From Desulfuromonadaceae bacterium UBA6124 (lineage in GTDB: Bacteria > Desulfobacterota > Desulfuromonadia > Desulfuromonadales > Trichloromonadaceae): DNA of 38,778 nucleotides. Below the pieces are notes generated by a model. It saw only the letters and a program-made list of their open reading frames with translations, was not told the origin of the DNA and ran no database searches. A program made the translations under genes and the position numbers. Below are positions 19,051 through 29,327 of the stretch, piece after piece; positions within the stretch are counted from its first letter, which is position 1; each line of letters begins with the position of its first letter. The stretch is taken from contig DIVU01000161.1 in assembly GCA_002423365.1 (NCBI GenBank), positions 1,950 to 40,727 on the forward strand, written 5' to 3'.

Positions 19051-19069
19051 TGGAGCAGCAACATGCGCA

Positions 19070-19147
19070 CCTATCTTTCGCGGTCTGTTCGGCCTCTCGG
19101 ATCAGGTTCGGCGAAAGCGGCACGGTTCACGTCTGCGTCGTGCACAT
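19070..19147 (-). pseudogene. Degenerate RHH/CopG antitoxin fragment
   Basis: GGAGGA + ATG19147 gives MCTTQT*TVPLSPNLIREAEQTAKD, resembling the 12351 protein (ITISVSPQLLDKAERLAAQ). In-frame TGA and truncation. Confidence 0.45.
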
Positions 19148-19462
19148 GGTGCAAATCTCCTCCAAGGGTGTCATCCCCAGTAAGGAGGATGCCCCTCCTC
19201 GTCGAGGCCAGGAGGTCCTTCGGCCTGCCCATTGATCCACGGCTGGCGAGGATCCCCCTAGGCCGCTCAGGCCCCGGTGTCTCTGTGCTCTTTACGCTGT
19301 GCCCTCGTCCTTCTGCTCTAGTGAGCCAATTTCCTCTTGACCCTCTCCTGGCGTAAAGGGTAGGGTCTCACGGGTGTCCGCGATTGCTGGGTCGGGCGGG
19401 ACAAGCCTGCTGGGCGCCCTCACCGGACAATCAACCACAATAGAGTTTTCAGGAGCAATCCC

Positions 19463-20467
19463 TTGCGGAAGTTCATCTTCGAGAGACTACTCTTTCTCCC
19501 TGTCGTCTTGTTCTGCATCTCCCTGATCGTGTTTCTGGCCATCCGCTTTGCGCCTGGCGATCCGGCCGAGATGACGATGCAGCAGTTTGCCACCGAGGCT
19601 GAGCTGGCGAGGCTGCGGAACGAGTGGGGGCTCGACAAGTCTCTTTTGGCGCAATACATCGACTTCGTCAAGGGTGCGATAACGGGAGATCTGGGGCGCT
19701 CGTTTTTCGGAAATGTCCAGGTCATAGACCAGATCAAGGAGCGTTTTCCGGCCACCATCGAGCTGGCAATCGCCAGCACGGTGGTGAGTGCGTGCCTTGG
19801 GGTCCTTGCCGGAGCCCTGGCGGCGGTGCACCGTGGGCGGTGGCTGGACCACCTCAGCCGGATCATCGCCCTCTTCGGCATCTCCATGCCCGTATTCTGG
19901 CTCGGGCTGATGCTGATTGCCCTCTTCTCTGTATACCTCGGATTGCTGCCGGTGTCCGGTCGGTACGAAACACGACTCGTTCTCGATCCGGTGACAGGGT
20001 TTCTCCTCCTTGACTCCCTCATCAACCGAGACTGGATTGTTTTTCAGTCGGGCGTGAGGCACTTGCTCTTGCCTGCGCTCACCATGGGGAGTTATGCGGC
20101 CGGTATCGTCGCCCGATTCACGCGATCGTCCATGCTGGAGGTGCTCGGGCAAGATTACGTCCGAACAGCACGCGCAAAGGGACTCTCGGAGCGCGTTGTG
20201 GTGTATGTGCATGCTCTCCGGAATGCCATCCTGCCTGTGGTCACCATTCTTGGGTTGCAGTTCGGCTCGTTTCTGGGGGGGGCCGCCGTGACGGAGACTG
20301 TCTTCGCCTGGCCCGGCATCGGTAAGCTGCTGGTGGATTCGATCCTCCTGCGCGATTATCCGCAGGTGCAGGCGAGCGCGCTTCTCCTCGCGGTTACGTA
20401 CGTGCTCATCAACTTGCTCGTCGATCTGAGCTATGCCCTCATCGATCCCAGGATCAAGTATTCATGA
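19463..20467 (+). CDS. Peptide/nickel ABC permease (DppB/OppB-like)
   Basis: PGDPA, GDLGRS, S.PVFWLG, DYVRTARAKGL, HALRNA. TTG start after AGGAG. Confidence 0.93.
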   Translation: MRKFIFERLLFLPVVLFCISLIVFLAIRFAPGDPAEMTMQQFATEAELARLRNEWGLDKSLLAQYIDFVKGAITGDLGRSFFGNVQVIDQIKERFPATIELAIASTVVSACLGVLAGALAAVHRGRWLDHLSRIIALFGISMPVFWLGLMLIALFSVYLGLLPVSGRYETRLVLDPVTGFLLLDSLINRDWIVFQSGVRHLLLPALTMGSYAAGIVARFTRSSMLEVLGQDYVRTARAKGLSERVVVYVHALRNAILPVVTILGLQFGSFLGGAAVTETVFAWPGIGKLLVDSILLRDYPQVQASALLLAVTYVLINLLVDLSYALIDPRIKYS

Positions 20468-21306
20468 TGCGCTCGCGTGCTCTTCGGAGTTTCGTGCAGA
20501 ATGGTCCCGCGATGGTGGGGACGGCCGTACTGCTCGTCTGCCTCGCCTGTGCGCTGTTTGCCCCGCTGATCTCCCCCTACGATCCGATAGTCCAGAACAC
20601 CGCCAACCGTCTGATGGGGCCATCGGCAGCCCATTGGCTCGGGACGGATGATTTTGGCCGGGATATCTTGAGCCGGATCATCTACGGATCTCGAACCTCG
20701 ATGCTCGTCGGTGTGGCGGCGACCAGCATCGGATTGATCCTGGGCACGCTGCTGGGAGTCATGGCGGGTTTTGTCGGCAAAAAGACCGACCAAGTCATCA
20801 TGCGGGGGATGGATATCCTCCTCAGCTTCCCCTACATCCTGCTTGCCATCGTGATCATGGCGCTTCTCGGGCCCGGCATCAGCAATCTGATGATCGCCAT
20901 CGGCGTGTCGCGGCTGCCGATCTTCGCCCGCGTAGCGCGCAGCATCGTGTTGGCGATCAAGCATAACGAGTATGTCGATGCCGCCAGGACTTTGGGTGCC
21001 CGGGACTGCCGTCTCCTTGCCAGGCATATTCTGCCAAACGTCGTCCCGCCGCTGATCGTCCAGGGGACGGCCTCCCTGGCAGAGGCGGTGGTGACCGCAG
21101 CCTCGCTGAACTTCCTGGGGCTTGGCATCCAGCCGCCCACACCGGACTGGGGGGCCATGGTCAGCGATGGTCGGCGGTATGTCTTCGATAAATTTTTCAT
21201 CCCGCTTTTCCCGGGCTTGGCCATCACGGTGGTAGTGCTGAGCATGAACCTGGTAGGGGACTGGGTGCGAGACGTCCTGGACCCGCGGCAGCGGCAGGAG
21301 ATCTAG
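20464..21306 (+). CDS. Peptide/nickel ABC permease (DppC/OppC-like)
   Basis: HWLGTDDFGRD, EYVDAAR.LG, HILPN, FLGLG.QPP.PDWG. Confidence 0.93.
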   Translation: MMRSRALRSFVQNGPAMVGTAVLLVCLACALFAPLISPYDPIVQNTANRLMGPSAAHWLGTDDFGRDILSRIIYGSRTSMLVGVAATSIGLILGTLLGVMAGFVGKKTDQVIMRGMDILLSFPYILLAIVIMALLGPGISNLMIAIGVSRLPIFARVARSIVLAIKHNEYVDAARTLGARDCRLLARHILPNVVPPLIVQGTASLAEAVVTAASLNFLGLGIQPPTPDWGAMVSDGRRYVFDKFFIPLFPGLAITVVVLSMNLVGDWVRDVLDPRQRQEI

Positions 21307-21341
21307 CGGCGAGGTCTTGCCGCGTGCAAGGAGGTGCGCCG

Positions 21342-22445
21342 GTGGAATCGGTCGACAGAATCGTTCGACACCTGAAGGATCAAGGACTCGATGCGCTGAT
21401 CGCATCTTCCCCGGAGACGACGCATTACCTCATCAACGCCCGGCTCTTGATGCAGCGCCTGATCCCTGACCGCTTGACGTTCGTCGTCGTGACCGCTGAC
21501 GGAGCCTGTACCCTGGTGACGGCCGCCTCGGATGTTGATCACGCAAAGCGCGACTCCACGGCAACAGGATTCCACGGCTACACCGCGGCGCAGGAGCCTG
21601 CGGAAGCACTCTGCCGTGCCCTCGAAAAGATGGGTCTGGCACGCGCGAAGCTGGGGGTAGAGGCCAACTACATGCCATCCCGGGATCTCTGGGCCCTTGC
21701 CAGAGCTCTTCCCGACGCTGCCGTGGTCAGCGGTGACGAAGTGGTCCGGTTGGCGCGCATGACGAAGAGCGAGGAGGAGATCGCGAAGCTGCGCCGGGCG
21801 GAATACTTAACGGAGATGGCGGTGTGCGCCGCTTTTGCCATGACCCACGAGGGCGATTCCGAGCGCGAGATGCAGTTGGCCGTCACCCTGAATCTGATGC
21901 GCCAGGGGGCGGAAGCGGTGGATTTTGTGCTGCTGCAGACAGCCGAGAACTCCACGAAGTTTCACATGCCGTCCGGCTCGTACCGCTGCAAAGCCGGCGA
22001 TGTGGTTCATCTGGACACCGGCGCATCATTTGGGAGTTACCGGTCCGATCTTTCCAGGAACATCGGGATCACCCGGCTTGCGCCAGAGCAAATTGACACC
22101 TATGCTCGCCTCTGGGATGTCCAGCGGGAGATCATCAGCGACATGCGCCCCGGACTTGCGGTGAAGGATCTCTGCGGCAAGTACCTGAGGTGCATGCAGA
22201 AAACCGGGCTGACCCCCCCCTCCTCGTACCTCGGCCACGGCATCGGGCTCTCGTCGCATGAGTATCCGGAGATGACCACCGAGTCGGACGCTGTGCTGCT
22301 TCCAGGCATGGTGGTCTCGATCGAACCGACGGTTTTCGTTCCGGGTGACGCACGGTATGACATCGAAGATACGGTGGTTGTCACCGACGCCGGGGGTGAG
22401 ATGCTGTCAGGGGCGCTGAATCGCCGGGAGATTTGGATCGTCTAG
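21342..22445 (+). CDS. M24 (Xaa-Pro/creatinase-fold) metallopeptidase
   Basis: Ligands HLDTG, YRSD, GHGIG..HE, IEP, IED. GTG start after AAGGAGG. Confidence 0.9.
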   Translation: MESVDRIVRHLKDQGLDALIASSPETTHYLINARLLMQRLIPDRLTFVVVTADGACTLVTAASDVDHAKRDSTATGFHGYTAAQEPAEALCRALEKMGLARAKLGVEANYMPSRDLWALARALPDAAVVSGDEVVRLARMTKSEEEIAKLRRAEYLTEMAVCAAFAMTHEGDSEREMQLAVTLNLMRQGAEAVDFVLLQTAENSTKFHMPSGSYRCKAGDVVHLDTGASFGSYRSDLSRNIGITRLAPEQIDTYARLWDVQREIISDMRPGLAVKDLCGKYLRCMQKTGLTPPSSYLGHGIGLSSHEYPEMTTESDAVLLPGMVVSIEPTVFVPGDARYDIEDTVVVTDAGGEMLSGALNRREIWIV

Positions 22446-22519
22446 CGCCCCTGAAGCCGAAACGGCTTAGCGGCCTTGCCGTGTAAGGCATCCGTCAACC
22501 TACTTACCAGGACGGTGAG

Positions 22520-24067
22520 ATGATGAACTTCAAGGCACTATTTCGCAGGACGATGCTGCTGCTGCTCGTGGGGCTGCTCGCAACCGGAGGTGCGGCCTGG
22601 GCCGGAGCCGGCAAGACGCTCGTGGTCGGCTTCGACGCCATGAACGACAGCTTCGACCCGGCCGTGTTCACAAGCTGGATGGGGATCAATACCATCAATA
22701 ACGTGTTCGACACGCTGGTCCAGACCAAGGACGGGGCAAAGTTCGAGCCGGGGCTTGCGACGTCGTGGACGATCTCAAGTGACGGGCTCACCTACACGTT
22801 CAAGCTCCGCCAAGGCGTGAAATTTCACGACGGGACCGCGTTCAATGCGGACGCGGTGAAATTCAGCTTCGAGCGGCAGCTCGATCCCAAGCATCCCTAC
22901 CATGCCCCGGGAATGACCCAGGCCCAGCTCGCCTTCGGTTCCGTGGCGCGGATCGAGGTGGTGGGTCCCTACGAGATCCGCCTGGTGCTGAAGCAGCCCA
23001 ACGCGGCACAGCTGGCCAACCTTTGCATCTTCTCCACCGGGATTGTGAGCCCGGAAGCGGTGAAAAGGCTGGGGGCAGACTTTCCGGTGAAGCCGGTGGG
23101 TAGCGGCCCGTTCAAGTTCGAGCGGCTGGACAAGGGACAGCAGATCGTGCTGAGCGCGTTTAAAGAGTACTGGGGTGGGGCACCGAAGGTCGATCGCGTC
23201 ATCATAAAAGGCATCCCCGAAGATTCGGCCCGCAAGGCGGCGCTTCTGTCGGGAGAGATTGACCTGACGACGTATGTGGATCCCAAAGACATCAAGGACT
23301 TCAAGGCAAACAAGAACCTCAAGGTCGAGCAGGCCGTGGCGAACAGCACGGGCTACATGGGTATGAACCAGCGCCACCCTGCCTTGGCGAATCAGAAGGT
23401 TCGGCAGGCCCTGAGCTACGGAGTCAACCGGCAGCAGATCGTCGATGTGATATTCGAGGGGCACACGAAGGTGGCCGGCGGGTGGTTGCCACCGGTTCTG
23501 TTCGCCCACGATCCTTCCCTGCAGAAGTTCTACGCGTACGACCCGGAAAAGGCCAAGAAGCTTCTGGCCGAGGCCGGTTATCCCAATGGGTTCGAGGTGA
23601 CCTTTGACGTTCAGGCATCAGCGCACTGGCCGCGGCTGGCCGAGCTGGTGCAGGAAGATTTTCGAAAGATCGGGGTCAAGGCGATCATCAGGAAAGGGGA
23701 CGCCTCGGCCATGGTTGCCATGGTAAACGCCGGGAAGCACGGCATATTCTTCATGGACTGGACGGGCGGCAACCTCGACCCCGATTATTTCATGATCTCG
23801 CCCTTCCACTCGGAATCGCCGCGGGCCAAGGGGCGATTGTTCTATGCCAACAAGCAGTACGACAAGCTGGTCGTAGACGCCCAGAAGACCTCTGATCTGG
23901 CGAAGCGCAAGCAACTCTACACGGCGGCCCAGAAAATTTTGGTGGAAGATCCAGGAATGGCCTTTCTGTATTACAACGTCTTCACGGCGGTGATGAACAA
24001 GAAGGTGACCGGCTTCGAGCTCAATCCAATCCGGTATCTGTTCTTTAAAGATGTGGCTATGGAATAG
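22520..24067 (+). CDS. ABC substrate-binding protein, family 5 (DppA-like)
   Basis: Signal peptide. YTFKLRQGVKFHDG, GSGPF, YDPEKAKKLLAEAG. Confidence 0.95.
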   Translation: MMNFKALFRRTMLLLLVGLLATGGAAWAGAGKTLVVGFDAMNDSFDPAVFTSWMGINTINNVFDTLVQTKDGAKFEPGLATSWTISSDGLTYTFKLRQGVKFHDGTAFNADAVKFSFERQLDPKHPYHAPGMTQAQLAFGSVARIEVVGPYEIRLVLKQPNAAQLANLCIFSTGIVSPEAVKRLGADFPVKPVGSGPFKFERLDKGQQIVLSAFKEYWGGAPKVDRVIIKGIPEDSARKAALLSGEIDLTTYVDPKDIKDFKANKNLKVEQAVANSTGYMGMNQRHPALANQKVRQALSYGVNRQQIVDVIFEGHTKVAGGWLPPVLFAHDPSLQKFYAYDPEKAKKLLAEAGYPNGFEVTFDVQASAHWPRLAELVQEDFRKIGVKAIIRKGDASAMVAMVNAGKHGIFFMDWTGGNLDPDYFMISPFHSESPRAKGRLFYANKQYDKLVVDAQKTSDLAKRKQLYTAAQKILVEDPGMAFLYYNVFTAVMNKKVTGFELNPIRYLFFKDVAME

Positions 24068-24091
24068 CACCGACACGAAGGCAGAAGACTG

Positions 24092-24134
24092 GGGCCCGGG
24101 GAACAAGGCGATTGTTCCTCGGGCCCTTTTTTTT
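24092..24134 (+). terminator. Rho-independent terminator
   Basis: GGGCCCGGGGAACAA-ggcga-TTGTTCCTCGGGCCC followed by T8. Confidence 0.9.
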
Positions 24135-24465
24135 GAAAGGTAATCCTGCTCCTCCTGAGGTTGGCTGCAGGGCAGAGTTTCCGCTCGTCCGTCTGTACAC
24201 TATTGCGGGGCCGGCTCTGTTGTTTCTGAGATGATCAAAAACCTATAGACTGCTCCAGTTTGAAGTTGAGTGTTCGGCCGATGTGCACTAGCCTTAACGC
24301 AGACCGATCGGTAGGGCCAGGCCAGACCGGGCCTTCGAGGGATGCGGGCTGCGGTTGCGCTGAGCCGACGGAGTTTTCATCGACCAGGGCCCCGGCCGCT
24401 CCCTCGCGGTGCGGCCGCGCGAGGCGCTCGCGCGCTGCGGCTCGGCGGAGAGAGAGAAAAAAAGG

Positions 24466-25698
24466 ATGAGCGTCCTGTTCCAGCCGGTGACCGTCGGCGG
24501 GCTGCGCCTGCGGAACCGTTTTGTCCGTTCGGCGACCCAGGATTATCTTGGCAACCCGGACGGGAGTGTCTCCGACCGGCAGGTCGCGCTGTACCGGGAG
24601 CTGGCGGCGGGGGGCGTCGGCCTGATCGTCTCCGGGCACGTCTACGTCGCGCACCCGCTGGGGCGGGCGAGCGTGAACCAGAACGCCATCCACGACGACC
24701 GGTTCGTCGACGGCATCCGCCGGCTGGCGGAGGCGGCCCACGCCGAGGGGGCGGCGCTCGTCCTGCAGATCTCCCATGCCGGCCGGCAGACCCCCCAGGA
24801 CTGGCCGGAGGGCCAGGTGCCGGTGGCCCCGTCGGCGGTCCGGGAGGGGGGGACGGGCCGCAGCCCCCGCGCGCTGACCGAGGAGGAGATCTGGTCCCTG
24901 ATCGATGCCTTCGCCGCGGCGATGGGGCGGGCCCGGGCGGCGGGCTGCGACGGGGTGCAGCTCCACGTCGCCCACGGCTATCTGCTCTCCGCGTTCCTGT
25001 CCCCGTACACCAACCGCCGGACCGACGCCTGGGGCGGCAGCCTCGAGAACCGCTGCCGCATCCTGCGAGAGATCCTGGCCCGCGGCCGGCGGGCGGTGGG
25101 CGAGGCGTACCCGGTGCTGGTGAAGCTCAACTCGACGGACGGATTCCCGGGGGAAAATGTCCTGTCGCAATCCGACGTGACGGCCGCGGCCTGCCTCCTG
25201 GCCGGCTGGGGGGTGAGTGCCATCGAGGTGAGCGGCGGGCACCGGGAGGCCCGGGGGGTGATGTCGCGGCCCAAGGTGCTCTCGCCGGAACAGGAGGCCT
25301 ACTTCGCCGAGGCGGCGCGGGCGGTGAAGGCGGCGGCGGGGGTCCCGGTCATCCTGGTGGGCGGCCTCCGGTCGCGCGCCGTGATGGAGCGGGTGGTGAC
25401 GGACGGCTCGGCCGATCTGGTCGCCCTCTCCCGCCCCCTCGTCTGTGAGCCGGATCTGGTCAACCGCCTGCGCGCGGGGCAGGCGAAGGCGGCCTGCGTC
25501 TCCTGCAACGCCTGCTTCAATCCTGACGGCCTCCGCTGCTGGCGGCTCTCGGTGCGGATTCCTCCGCCTGGCCGCTTGGGCCCCGTGATCGAGCGCTATC
25601 CAGGATCGCACGACGAGACGGACGGTGCAGAGCGGGAGGCTGCCGCAGGCACGACAGCGCCGGTCGTGACGGATGAGGGGACGAAGGGGCCGACATAG
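24466..25698 (+). CDS. NADH:flavin oxidoreductase (Old Yellow Enzyme family)
   Basis: LRNRFVRSAT, QISHAG, HVAHGYL, N.R.D.WGGSLENR, C-terminal CVSCNAC..C. Confidence 0.93.
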   Translation: MSVLFQPVTVGGLRLRNRFVRSATQDYLGNPDGSVSDRQVALYRELAAGGVGLIVSGHVYVAHPLGRASVNQNAIHDDRFVDGIRRLAEAAHAEGAALVLQISHAGRQTPQDWPEGQVPVAPSAVREGGTGRSPRALTEEEIWSLIDAFAAAMGRARAAGCDGVQLHVAHGYLLSAFLSPYTNRRTDAWGGSLENRCRILREILARGRRAVGEAYPVLVKLNSTDGFPGENVLSQSDVTAAACLLAGWGVSAIEVSGGHREARGVMSRPKVLSPEQEAYFAEAARAVKAAAGVPVILVGGLRSRAVMERVVTDGSADLVALSRPLVCEPDLVNRLRAGQAKAACVSCNACFNPDGLRCWRLSVRIPPPGRLGPVIERYPGSHDETDGAEREAAAGTTAPVVTDEGTKGPT

Positions 25699-25781
25699 TT
25701 CACGGACACGACTTCCGACGCCAGCGCGTCTCCCGGGCCGCCCCGGGAGAGTTGTTCCACTGCCCGCCAAAGGGGCCCGCC

Positions 25782-26042
25782 ATGATGCGCTGGAGCACAG
25801 CGGGCCTGCCCGTGGTGCGCCGGCGGGGGAGATACGCGGTGCAGTCTCTGCTCTTTCTCGGATCGGCGGCCCTGGCCTACGGGATCGTGGCCTGGGTCGG
25901 CAACCTGCGGCGGGGGGAGGATCTCGCCACCTCGCTCACGCACGGGCCCGCCCTGATCGTCTTCCTGGCGGCCTTCCTCGCCTTCGTCGGCGGCGGGAGC
26001 TGGCTGATCTGGGCGGCCCTGCGGGCGCTGCCGGGCGGGTAG
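25782..26042 (+). CDS. Small two-TM membrane protein
   Basis: AAGGGG RBS, two hydrophobic stretches, host-like codon usage. Confidence 0.55.
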   Translation: MMRWSTAGLPVVRRRGRYAVQSLLFLGSAALAYGIVAWVGNLRRGEDLATSLTHGPALIVFLAAFLAFVGGGSWLIWAALRALPGG

Positions 26043-26196
26043 CCGACTCCTCGGTCCCGGGCAGAGGCCGGGGACGCGGCGGCCGGCAAACGGTCTGGCG
26101 CGGCTATGCCGCCTGCATCGACCCGGAGGGCCGGCCCGCCGGAGCCTCTCCGTCCTGAGCCTTGCCGCGCGCCAGCATCGTCCACGCGGAGCGCCC

Positions 26197-28158
26197 ATGC
26201 CATCGGAAGTCGGATTCTTCCGCGATCTCACCTATGTGCTGCTGGCCGCCGGCGTCGGCGGGGCTGTCGCGTGGCTATTGCGCCAGCCCATCCTCATCGG
26301 GTATGTCCTGGGGGGGATCCTCGTGAGCCCCTTCACGCCCGGTCCGGTCATCTCCGAGCTTCACACCTTCGAGCTGTTCGCCGAGATCGGCGTGATCCTG
26401 CTCATGTTCTTCATCGGCGCGGAGTTCTCGCCGCAGGAGCTGTTCCGGCTGAAGTGGGTCGGGTTCGTGGGAGGGACGCTCGGGATCCTCGGATTGATGG
26501 GGCTCGGCTTCGGCGCGCTCCGGCTGCTCGGCTGGCCGCCCATCCCGGCGCTGATCGTGGGGATGATCGTCTCCACGGCAAGCACCCTGGTGCTGGTCCG
26601 GCTCCTCCTGGATCGGGGAGAGCTGCACGCCCGCCACGGGCGGGTGGCCGTCGGCATCACCCTGATCGACGACCTCGCCGTGGTGATCTTCATCCTCATC
26701 ATCCCCTCCCTGGGGGCCCTGGAGCCGGGGCGGCTCGCGGCCGTCGGGCTGGCGCTCGGCAAGTCCGTGGCGATTCTCCTCCCCTTCGGCCTGCTCGCCT
26801 CGACGGTGTTCCCCCGCCTGCTCGGACGGATCGCCCGGACGCAGGACCGGGAGCTGTTCCTGCTCGTCACGCTGCTGCTCAGCGTGGGGACGGCGGCGCT
26901 GAGCCAGGCCGCCGGACTCTCCCTGGCGCTCGGCGCGTTCCTGGCCGGGCTCCTCATCAGCGGATCCGACTACGTCCACGAGGCGCTGGCCCGCCTCCAG
27001 CCTCTTCGCGACGTCTTCGTGGCGGTCTTCTTCGTGACCGTGGGGGTGCTGATCGATCCGCGGACCCTCCTCGACACCCTGCCGCTGCTGGGGACCATGA
27101 TCGGCCTGGTGGTGCTCGGCAAGCTGGCGGTCTGGTTCCTGCTTGTCCGGCTGTTCCGCGAGAGCTGGCGCACGGCGCTCCTGGTCGCGGTGAGTCTCAC
27201 CCAGATCGGAGAGTTCGCCTTCCTCCTGGCGCGCGCCGGGATGGAGGCGGGCCATCTGGACCAGGCCGTGTTCAACGCCACGCTCCTCACCGCCCTCGTG
27301 ACCATCCTCCTCAACGCCGTCCTGGTCCGGGCGGCGCCGGCGTGGCTTGCCGGTCGGAGCGGCGGCAAGGCCGATCCCGACCTCCAGGAGGAGAGCCCGG
27401 AGGCGCGGCAGGGTCACGTCATCCTGTGCGGGTACGGCCCGCTGGGGAGCGCGGTGGGGGAGGCGCTCGAGGCGTTCAAGATCCCCTGCCTGGTGGTGGA
27501 GACCGCCCCCGACGCCATCCGGGGACTGACCGACCGCGGCGTCCCCGCGCTCTACGGGGATGCCCGGCAGGAGGCCATCCTGGAGCGGGCCGGCCTCGGG
27601 GCGGCGGCGGCGCTGATCGTCACGCTGCCGGAAAGCGAGGCGGCGTACGGGATCGTGCGGGCGGCGCGGAGCCGGCATGGCGCCATCCCGATCGTGGTGC
27701 GGGCCGGATCGCCTGAAGAGCAGCAGCGCCTCAAGGCGGCCGGGGCCACGGCCGTGATCCAGCCCAGGTTGGAGGGGGCCTCGCTGCTCATCCAGGAGAC
27801 CCTGGCAAGCCTCGGGTTCCCCGCCGCACGGGCCGATGATTATCTGGAACGCTTCCGGCAGGCCATGGGACTCTCCATCCGCCGCTGGTCGGTGGGGTCG
27901 GATGTCCTGCCCGAGGTGCGCGAGATCCCGGTCGTCGCCTCGGCCGAGCTGGCGGACCAGTCGCTCCGGGAAGCGCGGGTGCGGGAGCGGTTCGGGGTCC
28001 TCGTCCTGGCCATCCGACAGGCGGACGGGACGAGCCTCGTGAGCCCGTCTCCGGACGCCCCGCTGCGCCCCGGGGACCGGCTCCGCGCCTTCGGCCTGCC
28101 CACGCAGCTGGCCACCTTCGCGGCGGCCGTCGGCGAGGCTCCCGCGGACGGCAATTGA
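26197..28158 (+). CDS. CPA2 cation:proton antiporter with TrkA-N and TrkA-C domains (KefB/YbaL-like)
   Basis: AEIGVILLMF.IG.E, LGAFLAG, QIGEFAF, HVILCGYG, YGDA, C-terminal RCK_C. Confidence 0.92.
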   Translation: MPSEVGFFRDLTYVLLAAGVGGAVAWLLRQPILIGYVLGGILVSPFTPGPVISELHTFELFAEIGVILLMFFIGAEFSPQELFRLKWVGFVGGTLGILGLMGLGFGALRLLGWPPIPALIVGMIVSTASTLVLVRLLLDRGELHARHGRVAVGITLIDDLAVVIFILIIPSLGALEPGRLAAVGLALGKSVAILLPFGLLASTVFPRLLGRIARTQDRELFLLVTLLLSVGTAALSQAAGLSLALGAFLAGLLISGSDYVHEALARLQPLRDVFVAVFFVTVGVLIDPRTLLDTLPLLGTMIGLVVLGKLAVWFLLVRLFRESWRTALLVAVSLTQIGEFAFLLARAGMEAGHLDQAVFNATLLTALVTILLNAVLVRAAPAWLAGRSGGKADPDLQEESPEARQGHVILCGYGPLGSAVGEALEAFKIPCLVVETAPDAIRGLTDRGVPALYGDARQEAILERAGLGAAAALIVTLPESEAAYGIVRAARSRHGAIPIVVRAGSPEEQQRLKAAGATAVIQPRLEGASLLIQETLASLGFPAARADDYLERFRQAMGLSIRRWSVGSDVLPEVREIPVVASAELADQSLREARVRERFGVLVLAIRQADGTSLVSPSPDAPLRPGDRLRAFGLPTQLATFAAAVGEAPADGN

Positions 28159-28236
28159 GGCCTGCCCACGCCAAGGCCGCAGCGCCGCGCGAGCTGCCCA
28201 ACGCCGCAGGTGGCCCGTTTTCAGCGGCCTGGTCGG

Positions 28237-28650
28237 CTACTGGCGAACGCCCCCCTTATCCCCCTCCGACAGATGCTCGAAGGTTTCGCCGGTGTCGGCA
28301 AAGGTCCGGGTGACGTGGGTCGATCCGTAGACCCAGAGGATGCGCATGGGGACGGCGCCCCGGTTGATGAAGCGGTGGTCGGTCCCCGCCGGGACGTGCA
28401 CGGTGTCGTAGGGGACGATGGGGTACTGCGCTCCTCCCACCTCGACAGTGGCCTCGCCCTCCAGTAAAACGACCATCTCCTCGGTGTTATGCTGGTGCAG
28501 CTTCAGGGCGCCGCCGACGGGGAAGGTGCTGATCCCGCTCACGAAAGCCTGGGCTCCGGTCGAGCCGAGCAGCAAGGGTTTGGTCTCGACCCCGCTGCCG
28601 CGCGGGACCACGGGGATCTTGGCGAAGGTGACGATGCGGGGATCGGACAT
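28237..28650 (-). CDS. Cupin-domain protein
   Basis: LHQH..EE..LEG and VPAG..H.F.N. ATG28650 after GGAGG. Confidence 0.88.
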   Translation of the reverse strand: MSDPRIVTFAKIPVVPRGSGVETKPLLLGSTGAQAFVSGISTFPVGGALKLHQHNTEEMVVLLEGEATVEVGGAQYPIVPYDTVHVPAGTDHRFINRGAVPMRILWVYGSTHVTRTFADTGETFEHLSEGDKGGVRQ

Positions 28651-28762
28651 GGGGCCCTCCGGAGAGAGGAAACTCGCCTCCCCTGGGCCTGCGCCGGGCG
28701 CGCAGGGGCGGGGAGGCCGGACGCTACCATCGGATACCTGAACTGTCAAGCTGGGCTGGAGC

Positions 28763-28887
28763 TGCAGAACCACAGAGCCGCAGAGCCGCAGAGCCACAGA
28801 ACCGCAGCACCGCAGTACCATAGAGCCGCAGCACCACAGCACCGCAGCACCGCGGTACCGCGGAACTGCAGGACCGCAGAGCCGCAG
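28763..28887. repeat. Degenerate ~8-bp tandem repeat (CCGCAGAG/CCGCAGCA)
   Basis: About 15-16 imperfect units read directly in the intergenic region. Confidence 0.85.
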
Positions 28888-28924
28888 GGGGATAGAGGTG
28901 GGGATGGCCGAGGGGGCGGGGGGA

Positions 28925-29293
28925 TCAGAGGGTCATCGCCGCCACTTTGTACCAGAGGACCCGCTCGAGGTATTTCAGGTCGATGGGCTTGACGAGGTAG
29001 TCGAAGGCGCCGCGCTGGAGCGACTGGCGGCCGATCTCCCGATCGTTCACGGCGGTGAGCATGATCACGCCGATCTCCCGGTCGATCTCCCGGATCTTCT
29101 CCAGCACCTCCATGCCGTCCATCCCCGGCATGCGGATGTCGAGGAGAACGATGTGGGGCCGCTCGTCCTTCACCTTCTGAAGCGCCTCGCGGCCGCTGTA
29201 GGCCACGAGGGGCTCGTATCCTCTGCCGGCGACGAACTCCTGGATCAGCTCGACGAAATCCGGTTCGTCATCGACAATCAGGACCCTCGCCAT
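28925..29293 (-). CDS. Single-domain CheY-like response regulator
   Basis: VDDE, LLDIRMPGMDG, LTA, YLVKP. Confidence 0.93.
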   Translation of the reverse strand: MARVLIVDDEPDFVELIQEFVAGRGYEPLVAYSGREALQKVKDERPHIVLLDIRMPGMDGMEVLEKIREIDREIGVIMLTAVNDREIGRQSLQRGAFDYLVKPIDLKYLERVLWYKVAAMTL

Positions 29294-29327
29294 TCCTGTC
29301 TCCTTGCTGGGGTGTGCGACGGATCGA

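Noticed and set aside
18778-19356. 192-aa ORF as an intact transposase
   Set aside because: Only ~70 codons resemble RAYT. The remainder is unrelated read-through lacking the catalytic tyrosine region.
25540-25698. OYE C-terminal extension containing GGATGAGGGGAC (12-nt match to module B)
   Set aside because: The match is too short in GC-rich DNA to call a repeat copy.
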